Shown piece by piece: positions 48,338 through 62,135 of a DNA stretch of 64,000 nucleotides (the first letter of the stretch is position 1; the number at the start of each line of letters is the position of its first letter). This stretch comes from Eukaryota sp. GEM-RC1 (taxonomy: Eukaryota): assembly GCA_040285855.1 (NCBI GenBank), contig JAUFOQ010000004.1, positions 2,046,001-2,110,000 of the forward strand, read 5' to 3'. The position numbers were made by a program, and so were the translations under genes. Under the pieces are notes generated by a model. The model saw only the letters and a program-made list of their open reading frames with translations. It was not told the DNA's origin and made no database searches.

Positions 48338-50664
48338 ACCTAATCACAAATGGCTGTCGATTTCCTAAATTGAATTCTGAAAGATGGCTGTCTCTGCTCA
48401 AAGGGAATCAAATTTAATTTTCTCGGTGAGTTTGTTGAAAGTCCTTTAAATACAATATATTTGGATATATTCAAATTTAGAATTTAATTCAGAATGTAGG
48501 TCTTGTCCTTTTCCTAGAAGTATTCTTCAAAAAGGTTCTAAAGATCTTGACCGTTGTGTTTGTCCTTTAAACACTCTAGATTCTGTAGATTCTTATTTAC
48601 CGTGTTTTTATCTAGCTGAATAGATATGAAAATTTAACTGAAATTCATTCTGGTTTTAGATTAAGTACTGATACTTGGGAACTAGATGAGTGTGTTTTTT
48701 GGTTCAATTGTCAAGAGAATTCTTGCAGATCACGTCATGCTTATGGATATTTGTGTCAATACTGTACTGAAGATGCTGTTTCCAGTGGGATTTACTGTAT
48801 TGGAAATGAACATTCATTGATGTTCTTGGTACTTTTTGTACTGATTTGGTTTACATTAATAATTGCTGTTCGGATTATCATTACCGATATTCGTATTTTC
48901 TGCGAATAACATATGATTTGATGGTACCGTAATATTAGAGGAGTAGGTTCTGTAGGTACGTCATCAATATTGTTGAAACTGGATAATAACACATAATGAT
49001 TACAGCACTACTTCTTTCAAATAGAATATAATGTATAATGTTTCTCATTGAAAAGTAATTCAAGAATATAGGGGTACCACTAATAGTAAGTAATCCGAAT
49101 CCGAGTTCAGTTTCATGATGTACGTATTGGAAATCGTTGATATAAATTCGAGTTATTTACTTCAACAACATTCATGGGTTATCAAGAAGCAGGGTATACT
49201 CTGTAATCAAACGGGATTCTTGGTTCACAACTAAGTCTAAGTAAATACAAATATTAAATGTTCAATTCACTAACATCTTTGAATCTGATAAAAACTGCGT
49301 TTTTCAACATTATAATGCACTCCCGTGGTGTAATACCAATGTTGTTAAATTCATTCGGTTAGGTTTTCCACCATAATTACAAGTCATGTATTTTGACTTT
49401 GTGATATTTAATATAACAACAATCACATCATGAAGTTCGTGATGTTCGAGTATTTGACATCACAAATTCACAATGATTGAACTATTCATTCTTTGGAAAT
49501 TGAACAATTGATGAAGCATACGTCTTGTTCTTCCGCTTAGTTTCACGTTCGTTGTAGAGGACCTTCGATCTTTTCAGTAGTAAGGTCCAGTAATAGTTCA
49601 AATCTTCGTTTTTGAGGAATAGTGTAGTGTTATAATGACACTATGACACGTCACCAGTAATTAGAGTGCGTATATTTGACCTAATAAAGTATTCCTTCAG
49701 TTTCATATCTAGATATCGGCACAATAGAATCACTTTCCAAATGGGGTTGACCGACTTCGAAACTAACGAAAATTCGGCAGATAGATCTGTGATTGTAAGT
49801 TAGAGGTGTTCTGTCTTGGAGTAAATGACAAATTGGCCAAGAATGTACCAATGTGTCCGGATTGTATTGTTTTTGAAGTTAATTATACGTCTATATGTTA
49901 ACGGTTATATCCAAACCCTCGTATGTAACAATGTGTTCGTTTAAAGTACACATAGTAGTGTAGAATCATCGACTATTAATTGAATATATCACAACAATTG
50001 CATCCCAAAAAGTTGTGATTTGCAACAAAGGTTTTCGTTTTCATTGATTTCTAGGTTTCACATTTGCAATCACAGAAAATACAATTCAAAATTGATTTTA
50101 AAAACAGCACCACACGACCAATTCCACCGTCATTAAAAGTGTAATTAGAAGTCTAAAATTGAATTGATCCGTCTGTTAACTTCTGCCCATTTTGGTGGTA
50201 TTGGTTTTACCAACTTTTGAATTCTTTGCAAATCTGCTTTTTAAGAAGGTACTCAAAACCTTAATTTTTTTCCACTACAATTCAATTATTGAACAAACAA
50301 ACACTTACAATAACAAGATAACAACTATAACTCAATAGCATTAAAACAGCATCCATAATGATTGAAACTCGCAGAAGCTCTTCTCTAAAAATGGACGGTA
50401 GTGATATAACTTATAACTTTCAGAGAGTTTTTGCTGATGATTGTCTTATTCAACAGGGGTGATATTTGAAATGTGTAGAACATCACCTCAATTCGCTACA
50501 CCTTAATGAATTAAGACTAGTCGTGATCATTTGTCAAATAGCAACGGTTTTCGTCAATCTCTACTACAGGATTGAGGAGTGTTGATTGATCTGAGCTAAA
50601 TGATTTTTTTGTGGGTGTACTACATTCACCATTAGGATGACTGATGATGAGATAACAGTGTTTC

Positions 50665-51209
50665 AGAAAAAACGTGATGCCTGCTTAGAGATATTTAAAG
50701 CTAATAGTTTTCATGGAAAGGTTGAACCGCTACTAGTTGGACTCTCAGATCAGCCTAGATTTGATAATAGTCGTTGTGATTTAATTTCTGCTTGGATTTC
50801 GTCTCAAAGCATTATTATGGATTTCACTACCGTTGATCACTGTAATTAGTTCAGTCTCCAAAATTCTGGATGAAAATTATTCACCTCCCATGACTGCGGA
50901 AAAGGTAAGGACACACAATATAGTGACTCAATTATTAGGCTGAATACTCATAGATATTATTGTTTTGTTTTTCAGCACTTTACTATGTCACCTTATGGTA
51001 AAATTGGTCATTCAGTCCAACATTTTTTAGTTCTTATGGAAAAATCTGTTCAGAGTATAGAAAATATGTTCAATGCGGAATTTTGGCTATCAAGATTGAT
51101 TTTTACTTTGTTTCGGTCGATGTTTAGATATTTCAATTCTATTTTAGCTAAATGGTTTGATACTAGTCATATGGAGTTTAGTTCAGATACTTTCACTAGT
51201 GTCTTCTAG
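50665..51209 (+). mobile_element. Degenerate RLE non-LTR retrotransposon 3' fragment
   Basis: RDACLEIFKANSFHGKVEPLL..IIMDFTTVD and FWLSRLIFTLFRSMFRYFNSIL match the 40.2 kb and 62.4 kb elements. Confidence 0.85.
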
Positions 51210-51835
51210 TTCTAGTTAGTGTACATTGTACGTGGTAAGTTGGTGTCTTCAAATTAAATATATTTGTTTATACTACTACTATTGTAGGACTATATCGATA
51301 TGCAAACTACTTCATCCCTAACGGCAAAAGAGCACGTATCTCAACATTAACCTTCACACTAAACCTGTACAATTTTTCAACTACTCCACAGAAATAGAAA
51401 AACATTCTCAGATGTGTGGAAAACACATCACGGTTTTTCAATTCAGCCGTTCTAACCTTACACTTGTTTTATTTACAACGTTCTTCAAAATCATAAAAAA
51501 ATATCCTGCAACACTAATCGATCCAAAGAGAGAAACAGCAAAAGGTTGAAACAGCTCAAAATCAGCATAGATTTCATCACCACTACTACACTCATCAAGA
51601 TAACCGAACCGCTATCATCTGTTCCATAAATGAAGACCTACTCCGACCCTTCAATTCTGATAGTGATTGCTTACTCCACAGATGAATGAACCTTTGATGT
51701 TATTATTCCCCCAGTCAATTGCTCCTAAAACTAGACTCACCGAGAACTAGCAAAAATGGTGACTTAGAGGCTAGGTGTAAGACATTTTAAAAAATGGTAA
51801 ATGTAGTTTATAAACAGAAATCTAAAAAAAGGAAT

Positions 51836-54800
51836 CTAAACATGCATATTGTCTAAGTTTTGTGTTAGACGGGTCAATAAATCTTGACCTGTAGTACGGC
51901 TGTTTGTGGACAAAAGGACATGACTACCACCTCCAATTTGAGCTCCACATTCAGAACAAGTTGCCGTCATTACTGCACCTCCACAGTTTCCAATGACATA
52001 CGGATGACCATTGGGACAAAGGTAAAACCTACCAAAGGATTGCGCGTGACCAAATTCACTGTGTAAGGCCTTGAAAACCCCAGCAAGGGCCTTCTTTTCC
52101 TTTTCAACTAGTTCACGTTTGATTAAATCATCTAAAGATTGAAGCAATGAGGAATGTTCATGACGACATAAATTTGATTCATGTGTCCATTGTTTGAACA
52201 CATTTAAAAGAATCTGAAGTTTTTGAATTGACAATCTTGTTGTAAGTTCAGAGATCATTTTGGCATAATTATTGAAAACAGAATCGAAAAAACTGTAAAT
52301 TGAACCATCAAGACGTAGTTCATGTGCTAATTCTGCCAAAACTGACCAACGATGATTACAAAAGATTCCAGTATCTTAATAATCCATTCGAATAAAATTT
52401 CATTAATATCATTCTCATTTGCTTGTGGACCTGTACTTGGAAGTAAAAGCCGAACATTACAATTGAGGTGAATAATGGAAATCAATTTCTCACAAAATTC
52501 TAAATCATTAAAAAGAAGGGAAATTTTCTGAAGATTCAAAAGACACAAACAAAGCATTTCAAAGTAATAAACAGACATTGTACTTTTAGCTTTTTCCAAC
52601 TCAAACATTGTTGTGGGAAAAGCTTCAGGAATTGTAATTAAAGATTTGTCCAATAGATTTCTTGAACAAAAAGAGTAAGCTGAATCTTTAGCTATTTGAA
52701 GAACATTTAATTTTTGTTTCAATTTTGATGAAATTGGATTGATTTTAAAAACGGCAAGCATGGCATTTTTGAGTGCTCCGGTTTTGGTGTTTGGGTTTTT
52801 CGTCTTTTTTCTGAAGCCGTTGATGTGCTTAACCAGCTGAGTGTTAGTGTTAGTTAAGCAATGATTAACGAAATAGTGATATTTCTGAGCAGATATTAAT
52901 AATTGCTCAGTTTTTAAAATTCTGTTATAACGAGAAATTCCCTGTAACTTGCCCCTACAATTAGGACAATTAGTCTGGGAAAAGTCGGGTTCCGATGGGA
53001 AAGGTTTAAGATCAAAAGAACCGTCGTCTAGTCGTTCATAGTAAGATTTAAAGTGTAGCATTTCATCTAGAAAATCGACAGTCCAAAAATGACCACAATT
53101 TAAAACAATAACTGGAAATTCATCGAGATTGATATCTTTGAATGGTAAAAACTCAATTAGATCAACAATTTCATCTCCTTTTGTTCCACACTTCTGACAA
53201 TAATCAGCAGAAGGACATACCTCAGAGCACATACTTGGACATTGACAACCACAGGGCAAAGTCTTCGTACACCTGAATTGACAAGGGGGAAGCAAGCACG
53301 GAGATGAACATGGTAGTGGACATTGCCCTCTGTGACTACAGTGTTCAAGGCAAGGGTTAGTACAAGGAGTACAAGGGACTGAACAAGTCTCCTTGCAGAC
53401 AACTCCGTGACCACACTTCTTGTCACAAGGGTTGGTACAAGGAGGACAGGAAGTGGTGGGATGGCAAGATTGCTTGCATGAATGGCCACAGTTTTTGAAT
53501 TCTTTATTGCAGATTGCCCTGCATTTATCGTGAACTGATGGAGTTAGTGGAAATTCTGGTTCAACTTCTTGTTCAGCCAGATGATGTAACGTCTTTTCAC
53601 AACAATTTCCACAGAAGTCAATACATTCATGATCACACTCCAACTCTTCATGACACAATTCTTTGCAAATATTTAAAAATTTAGAAGGATTTCTACGAAT
53701 CCTTTGAGCTTCATGACAAGGAACTTTCTGTTCGTGTTGACACCAAGGCAAGTCAAGATTAACCAACTCACAACATAATGGTAATGAATTTCTCTTAAAA
53801 CATTCTGTATATATCGAATGCATACAAGGACGATCAATCTTAACCATACGTTTACACTGACATTTCTGGAAGCATTTGAGTTTACAGTGAGACCCACAAT
53901 CACTACAAATTCTAGAACAGGGCTCATTGCAATCAGTGATCTCGTGATGGGGGTCTGACACGTGGCATCTTTTCTGACATAAATGGCCACAAGGACGACG
54001 GATTCCACAGAGTTCATCGCATCCACCAGATTCAACTTGATTCCAGTCGTTGACCGAGTAAATAAGAGTAGAAGTTTGATGTGCTGAGCAATAGGTCTCA
54101 AAATAATCAAATATTAAATTCTGAGCTTCAAATTGATTGACAACTTTAGAGATCAATGTTTCTGGAGAAGGATTTGCTCTAGCAAGGTTCTTCGCTTCAT
54201 ACTTTTCAATTGTGATCTTCGATCCAAGCACATACATTCCATGCTTCGCTCTGGACAGCATAACATTAATTCTATTGTCAAATTTTAAAAATCCAATAGA
54301 ACCAGCAGAGTTGCAACGTGTCAAGGAGACAATCACTATCGTGGCTTCTAAGCCTTGGAACGTGTCGATTGTCGCTAACTTAACTTGTCCTAATGCTTGT
54401 CCAGTTACTGCCTTGGTTTTAGGATCATTTAGGTCAGAAATAGTGGGATTTTGAGCTTCTTCGTTTTCATCTTCTAGTTTTTCGATTTCAGCTGCATCGC
54501 CTTCATTTAAAATGATGTCAATATTTGTAGATTGTAAAATTTCGCGAAGTACAAACATTTGTCCTAAATAAGGAGTGACGATGGCAATATCTTCGCCAAC
54601 ATAACCTTGATGCATTAGGTAAAGAGCCAAATTAACCGCCATTTGAGCCTCGAACACGTTGGTTTTTGACTTTGACAAGTCATCATTATCACCATCTTCA
54701 GGATGATCGTGATTAAAGAACATTAAAGACTGCTTCATTCCTTTGACTGGAGGATATTCGTGGACATTTGACCCATCTTCAATGGTAAATTGAGGGTAGA

Positions 54801-57800
54801 AAGGCTTAATTAGACCAGAAATCTCTGGTCTCATTCTATACTGCGTTAAAAGAGTGCAGAAAGGGAAATTGTTGGAAATTAAGCGCTCAAATAGCGACAT
54901 GTCTAAGTTCCACCCCTTATTACTTTCCATTTTCAACTGGTAAAGATTGATTTTGGGTTTCAATTGCTGATGATCCCCAATCAAAATCAAGTGATTGATT
55001 GACTTGCTTAAGGCAGTTAACACGTGAGCCTCCAATACTTCTCCTGCTTCTTCTACAATACAAACCTTGGCTGAAACTGCTTGAAGCAAGTCTAATTGCT
55101 TACAAGCAACTGGAAGTAGTTGCCCCAATTATAGTTTGTCTAGATAAAAGGTCTAAGTTATCGTGGAAATAAGCCTTTTTAAAGTCCTCACTAATAGTAG
55201 TAATTTCGTTGAAAAGATTAATGTACTGGTAGAGGCTATCCAAGGAGACTTCTTTTCGAATGGCTAAATACTGAGCTATTTGGAGTTCTGGTGGTAGGTC
55301 AGAAAAGTCGTAACCATTACAATCAACTAGGAATTGATTTAGGAACTGATCAATCAACAAGAATTCTTCAGAAACTCCAGGTAATTTTGATTCGTCTAGA
55401 GTGGGTGATTCTTCTTCATCCTCTTCTTTTCGTACATTGAATAACGATCAACAACAGGGAGTAGGGCTGGATCATGACCAAGAACATTGGGACAACGAAT
55501 GCCAGCACGGCACTTTTCCCCGGTAAGAAAATGGAAGCAGAGGTGGTTCTTGAACTTGTACCATTCTTTACCATGACTTTTTCGGCATCTACCCGAGTGT
55601 CTGCAACTTCCTTTACAGAAGAAGAAAGGACATGGAGAACCTCGAGGAAAGTTTATACGTGGCAAAAGGAAATCAAGATGTGACTCACGGAAAGCACACT
55701 GATCTCCATTAAGGCACTTGCCTTTATTAAGCCACTTCTTACAGACTTTGTTTTTTACAGTATTCCATTGGGGATTATGAGATCCCTGCGAACAGTTTTC
55801 CTTTTACAGTCATTGAAAAGGAAATTAAAACAAGGTCGGTCCTCAGGAAATTCAAATTTGTTAACTTCTTGGTTTAAAAACTGACCAAATACTGGGAAAT
55901 TGTCTTGAAGAAACTTCTTTGATTCTGCTATAAAGTGACGATAAAGTGCTGAATCTCCACCTCGTTGACGACGGAAAGCACCAAGTGCAAACTCAGGAAA
56001 GAACATTTCTAAAAAGGGTTTGCATTTAACAAGTAATTCAGGGTTTGAACGATGAAGAATTTCGAAAACATTGACCTTCTTTAAAAATTTAAAATCATAG
56101 AAGAACTTTCGAGATTGAGCGAACCGGCCAACTTGGAGCCCTTCTAAATCACCTTTAAGTCTCGCTACTGTTGAACCACCAGTTCTTCCAGTAGACGCTC
56201 TAGCTTGTCTATTAATCAAACAAGATTCTAACTCAGGAGACTTCGTGTGACTTCCTAGCTTTGTGACCTGTTCTCGAGGAACAATTTCTTCCTCAATTAG
56301 ATCAAGTAGGAAAGAGTCTAATGCGTGATTGGAGTAGGAAAGAATTAGAATTGGTTTTGGAGTTTGGACTTGATTAACCAACAACTTGACTATAAACTTA
56401 CCGAGAAAACTTTTCCCTGTACCAGGAGGTCCTTGGATTAAAGAAACATTGTGGGAAAGACAGTGAAACAACGAGTCTAATTGAGTGGGATCAAGAACGG
56501 AAAGATCATCATTTTTGATTAGGTTACGTGTTTTTTGGAGGGCACTCATAGTACTAGGACAAGAAACACGCTGATTCTTAGACAGAATTGGTTTAAAATC
56601 GATCTGTCTCCCCTCCAAATACTTTGGCAACTTCAAATCCTGAAAGTTATACTCTGAAAAAACCGAAGCAAAAGGTAAAGAATCCAGGTTCAACTGTTGT
56701 AATCCATTCAACACGGGATGTAACATTGGATAAAACACTGCTGGTACCAAGAACATGAACTGTCCAGACTCTTCAGGGGACAATCTTTGTGAATAACAAG
56801 CATTTAGACAGTTACCAAAACGAAAAGCTTCAGTCTTTGGTACTGAGCAAGTAATGACGAGTCTATTATCATTAGAAATTTCTGGATCTACCGCAATAGT
56901 AAACAAAAAGTATTCCTTGGCTAGTGAGTGGTAATAAATTCCAATTTGAGTGTTACTAAAAGCACGTGTACCCCTGTTAGAAAGCCATTCTTTCATTCTT
57001 TTACGAGACTTTGGCACACTTAAAGGGATATCAAAGGAAGCTCGGAAGACCACTCCGTGATGGATGTCTCCAGAAATGGTGTGGATGTCGGTGTTGTAAC
57101 CAGCGACCATTGCGTAGGAGTCACCAGAACCAGGGGAAGCAAGGTTCTTGATGTACATACTTTTGCGGTTAATTTGAGCTGCAACGTGATCATATGACGA
57201 TTTTTGATCCTCTGGGGCTTCAACCTTACCAAAAACAATAGAAAGATTAGACAAAACCACTGTCAATGGGAACAAAAGCTCGTGCCTAAGTAGTCGATAC
57301 TGCTTATCTAGCAATCGATCAACTTCATTTTCAAAGTAGTTATACCTCGTATTACTTCTAGGTAACCAAACACTTCCAGATCCATTAATGAGAAACTCAA
57401 CCTCCCCAGATGTGGGGAGAACGACAATGTCCCGGTAGTTGACGTGGTCGTTATCGTGACCTAATTGACCGGGACAATTAGAAACAGGATCATCTGTAGG
57501 GGCAGTTGATCGCGTGACCGATTGTTCTTTATGAGCTATTGCTCGGATTTCCTTATATCGATCTGAGAAGACCTTGAATTGAGAGGAATGATGTTTAACT
57601 TCTTGTAGAGCATCAGTGTTTCCCTCAAGTGTTTCCAGATCATTTATCAAAGACTTTACGAGGTTCCTCCAACTTAAAAAGTGGGGAGTCCCAGCTACTT
57701 CAGGTTTGTTAGTATAGATGGTGTCAATTGTGATGCACACCAACAGGAGGGCTTCGGAGATGGAGCGGACGCACCAGTTTTCTGGGTTGGCAGCTCTTTC

Positions 57801-58214
57801 ATGCCATCCTTCTTCAACAGCAGCCATGAGCTGATTCAAAACCGAGGAGATGAAGGGAGAGTTACTGACTTTGTGGAGGAACTCAGTTACTTCCCATAAA
57901 GGGACAATGCTGAGGGGTTTAGGATCAAGTAGTTTGAGAAATCCAATGGCAATACGTTGAAGGGAGAGAGAGCCCAAGTATCTCTCACTGTACAGTGAGA
58001 ACTGGGCTTTTAAGAGGACATCAAGAGTTGTGTCCTGTTTCTCCAGCAGGTTGTGGATGATTTCCGTCCGATTGACATTATTGAGAGCACCACGGAGAAA
58101 TTTGAGTACATTGTCGCTCTGATGGAAGGAAGCATAAGAGACCCTTCCAGGTCTGGAATTGGGTGGTCTTTTGCCACGATCGGGCCGCCGTCCGCGAGAA
58201 GATCTGGGATGCAT
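51836..58214 (-). CDS. ZNFX1: ZNFX1-like UPF1-family SF1 RNA helicase with NF-X1 zinc fingers and C-terminal RZ finger (several apparent frameshifts)
   Basis: HDNDH..YRDI..LPT..E, LIQGPPGTGKS, SYSNHALD, IVEEAGEVLE, LIGDHQQL, SLFERL, LTQYRM, TIDTFQGLE, RINVMLSRAK, then repeated CGH.C...CH fingers and FYLCPNGHPYVIGNCGG....CSECGAQIGG. Confidence 0.9.
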
Positions 58215-58491
58215 TTTGGCTTCTTAAGTGCCGAAATTTAACAGCTTTCAATCAACAATGACAACAAATTGACAACCTGACATCACAACAAATCAATGCC
58301 TTCATCCAATATGGTCTTTTGACACAATTTCTACAAACGTTGATGTAATACACTAACTGTCATAAAGGAATCCAAAATAGCAAAATAATTTATCAAAAAA
58401 CAAACTCACTAAGCAAAAAGTAATATACAGTTAAGGCAAGTCATTCACTGGAATGTTTACGTCCATTTTCCAGTAATTGGCAAAATTAAGT

Positions 58492-60629
58492 TCAGATTCC
58501 TCTTCGTCCTGAACTGCTTCCCTTCTGCACATCTACCTCCAACTCATTACCTGTTTCTTCTACATCACCAGAAGCTTCAACCATTGGTTCCTCCTGGTCT
58601 TCTTGACACTGATGGTTACTTGTGACCACACTAAACTCTTCATCATCAAATCCATACTGTACTTCATCATCCTCAAGATCGTCTTTCTTTACAAAATCGA
58701 AGGGATCATCGTCAAACTGAATCTCGAAGACTGCTTCGTCAACATTCCAATCAAAACACGATTCATCTCCGTTTCGTATCTTGTTACCTACAATTTGATT
58801 AAATAGATCACTACCTCTGTCCATATCCAGATCTACATCTAGAGGTACTGTAAACTCATCGTCTGAACCAGGGAGACTTTCCATATCATCAACAGCATAA
58901 GCTGACTTGGCATGACTTTTTTCAAGTGTTGGGTTGATGACGTCATCATTGAACCATCTCCATTCAGGATTCTGTTCAATCAGATTTGATATGTCTATTT
59001 GATCCACTATGATTTTTCCCAATGAAATCAAATTGCTAATATTTGCTTGTCTTGGAGTGGCTTCTAAACATTCTCGCATGGCTGTTGGTAAAACGAATAA
59101 CAAATTACAATCATCAACTAAAAATTGAATAATTCGAAGTTTCTGTTCTCTCATCGCTGCCAACGTTTTGGTTGAGAACAACTCATCTGTATTAGGTGAT
59201 TCACTTTCACCTTCAAAAACAATCATTTTTGATGATGCTGACGAGGTAGAGCTCAGAGTGGAAGGTTCCATTAAAGCATAGACCAACTCCAACACAGACA
59301 AATGCAGAACTGAATGATTAGGATACAAAAGAACAACCTAAACGCTTCTTCAACACATCCTGATGACAAAATGTTCTGTGCCAAATCACAACTAGCTACA
59401 AATCTACAATATCTGATTACTGAGAGCTTTCCCTTACCCAAATAGGGTTTGAACGGAACATCCCCCATGAACATTTGGAAACTAGGTGATAACTGGGGAG
59501 ATTCTCGTTTGATTAGCTCTCGTAGATGGGCTAGGAAGTCTTGGTCAATGCATAGGCGGACAACACGGTGTTTAACGGTATCAATGGTGGGAAGTTCAAC
59601 ATCAGAAGGATCAGATTCATAGAGCTTGGGTCTCCAGAAACGTTTGAGCACGTCATCGGATGGCAGGATGGCAAAACTATGTTGAGGAGCGTCTTCGTCA
59701 ATAAAGTCATCTCTAAAGTCAGAATCAGCAAGGGATTCGGGGATAATGACACGTTGAAGGAGAACAGCGAAAACGGAAAGAACTGGTTGTAGCGTGGGAA
59801 CAGCCGATTCAACAGAGAGTATAGCAGAGAAAAGAGTCTCGAGGCAGGATTGGTCAGGGGAGAGGAGTCTAAGGAAGAGAGGACAGTGGAGGTAGGAGTG
59901 GAGGGAGCTACGTTGATCGCCTAGGGACACGAGGATGATCTGGCGGAGGGTTTCCCCCTGCGTGTGTGGTTTTGGTGAGCCAATCGGGAGAGGAATCGCT
60001 GCGGAGACCGTCTTGGAGAACTGATATGAGGAATTCAATGATGCCACTGCGAGCGAGCCATTCTTTGACTTGGAAGGAGCGGTCTGGTGTGAGAAGTTTT
60101 AAGAGGAGGTCGAGAGCTGTTGTGGATGTGAGAGAGTGTTTAACGAGATGGAGAGCGAAGTCTGGAGATGAAGAGAACATTGAGATAGCCTCGGTTTCGT
60201 ACATGGAGAGAAGTGATGAGAGAATACGTTGGACATACTGCAGATGGACTGATGGGAGTGGGTCTGAAGAGGAGAAGAACTCAATGAGCTTTGATGAGAG
60301 GATTTGGGGCTCGCAACGAAGTATGATAGGGAGGGTTTTGGAGTGCAGAGCGAGTATAACTTCTGTGGCTACATATGGGATCTTCTGTTTGCGGTCTTGG
60401 GTGCTGGATTCGGTCGCAGGTACGGTTATTAAGTCCAAAAGATTCGACAGTGTTGTTGTGTTAGTGAGGAATTCCATGAGTTTGGGATCCTCAGCCATTG
60501 CTTCTTGGATGACATCTTCTTCAAGAAGGATTGTTTCCAAATTAGGGTCTTTTGCTTAAGCAGATATGAAAGAGTATAAGAAGATGGTCGAAGGTTGTTA
60601 AACCTCCACGTGCCGAAAACGGATGACAT
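58492..60629 (-). CDS. SIT4-associated protein (SAPS) / PP6 regulatory subunit family (frameshifted in this sequence)
   Basis: N-terminal W-R-F..LSYLL..ETILLEEDVIQE...KLMEFL, KIPYVATEVI, LGKGKL, FF.YPNHSVLH and an acidic tail, spread across overlapping ORFs 60429-60638, 59908-60540, 59271-60047 and 58492-59328. Confidence 0.8.
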
Positions 60630-60921
60630 ATTTTCCAAGGAAATTGGTAAGTGATATTTTTAGTTCCTGAAGAGGACAACCTTGGAAGATGATCCTCTTT
60701 CAAATCTCACTCTTCCTTGACTCTCAGTGTTGCTATTGATGGTGTAAGACAGACTCTCTGTTTGATTTACGGTTTCTCTGAGGAATGTACACATTGTTGC
60801 TAGTTTGTTTTTCAATCTTGATCTACTGGCGTTTATGCAACTATCAGTGAATGCAATCGTAAAAATCGTCACTTTCAACAACATCTTAAACTGAATGATG
60901 ACAAATTTCATGTCTGCTGAC

Positions 60922-61073
60922 CAGGGGTGACAAAAAATATATTTATATTGTATTCATTGCAATAAATATCTATCTATTTATTTATTGTTCTGTAAGTTAC
61001 CGACAATATATTTATTGTTGGTCGAAACAATAAACAATATTATTGCAATATATTTAAATATATTGGCACCCTA
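60922..61073. mobile_element. AT-rich MITE-like element
   Basis: Ends CAGGGGTGACAAAAAATATATTTA / TAAATATATTGGCACCCTA form imperfect TIRs; no clear TSD. Similar AT-rich motifs at 61450-61550. Confidence 0.45.
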
Positions 61074-61550
61074 TTTTGTCTGTTTTTACAGTTTTACATT
61101 GTGATATTTTTGAAGAAATACAGTGTAAAGTGATCGATTGGAGGTTGCTGAGCACGATACAATTCTATCTTTATCTTCTTAATTTCTGAACATAAGGAAA
61201 TTGTTACCCACTACTTTTCAAATCTGTATTTGAGACGATTTGTCCTGCTTAATATGACGGAAACCCAAACTGTTTTGTGGTTGTGCAATTGGCGTTACTC
61301 CAAAGAAGTATCTTCAATCAGAGTCTTATTCACTACACGATCTATTGAGCTTTTTTAGGACGATGACGAGTCAGAGGAACATTTGATATATCATAAAAAG
61401 TGTTAGAGCTGTTCTTGTCTGATTATTGACACATAGAAACTAAATAAAATTAACCAATATTTATTGACAATAAATAAATATATTTATTGTTTTCGATAAC
61501 AATAACAATATATTTATTTCTGTCAAAAATAATAACAATATATTTATTTT

Positions 61551-62125
61551 CAGATCGTTAACAATGTTGTCATGTGAACCAAGATAGCAACCTAGAAATC
61601 TAAAGCTTGAAGATAAGTAGTTCACAAAGGGAACCTCTAAAGAATTAACAATTAAAGTTACAGGTACTTTGGCAATCAAAAACATTTTTGCACATTTAAT
61701 TGAAGTCCAATTGCATCGTACAAATCAGCAGCCTTATTCGCAATAATACGAAGAGTTGACATAGGAGCAATAAAAGAAATGTCATCCATATAAGCTACAA
61801 TTTCTAAGTCTGCATGTTCTTCTTTGAGTTTTTCAGGATTGGATGAATAGCCAAACAAAAAAAGAAGGGACCAAGAGGATCTCCTTGTTTAACACCAGAA
61901 ACAGAATTAAGAACAAATGAATTAAAAACCAAGTCAGAAGAGTGACCATAAAAACAATGAAAAAAGGTACCTAACTCGGGAAAACTCTTTACCAATTCAG
62001 AACAAATGGCAGATCGTTTAACAGAATTAAAAGCATTCTTAAAATCCAAATTGAAAATGCAATTATTTTCAACCGCGTTGAAGAAAACATCAGAAGAAAG
62101 GGCAGCCACAGAAGCTCCATCAATG
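61551..62125 (-). mobile_element. Non-LTR retrotransposon reverse-transcriptase core fragment
   Basis: LDFKNAFNSV, GVKQGDPLGP, AYMDDI, GLQLNVQKC and FRFLG motifs across three frames. Confidence 0.9.
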
Positions 62126-62135
62126 GTTTAAAAGA

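Noticed and set aside
48400..50600. AT-rich stretch with possible decayed element fragments
   Set aside because: Only a few codons (FGGIGF near 50190) resemble the non-LTR family; insufficient for a call.
59966..60559. 197-aa plus-strand ORF
   Set aside because: Antisense to the SAPS-family coding region; no independent motifs.
51836..60629. ZNFX1-like and SAPS genes as pseudogenes or programmed frameshifting
   Set aside because: The breaks appear to be single-base frame changes, several at short homopolymers, with motifs otherwise intact; consensus error is more parsimonious. Tiny introns cannot be excluded without RNA data.
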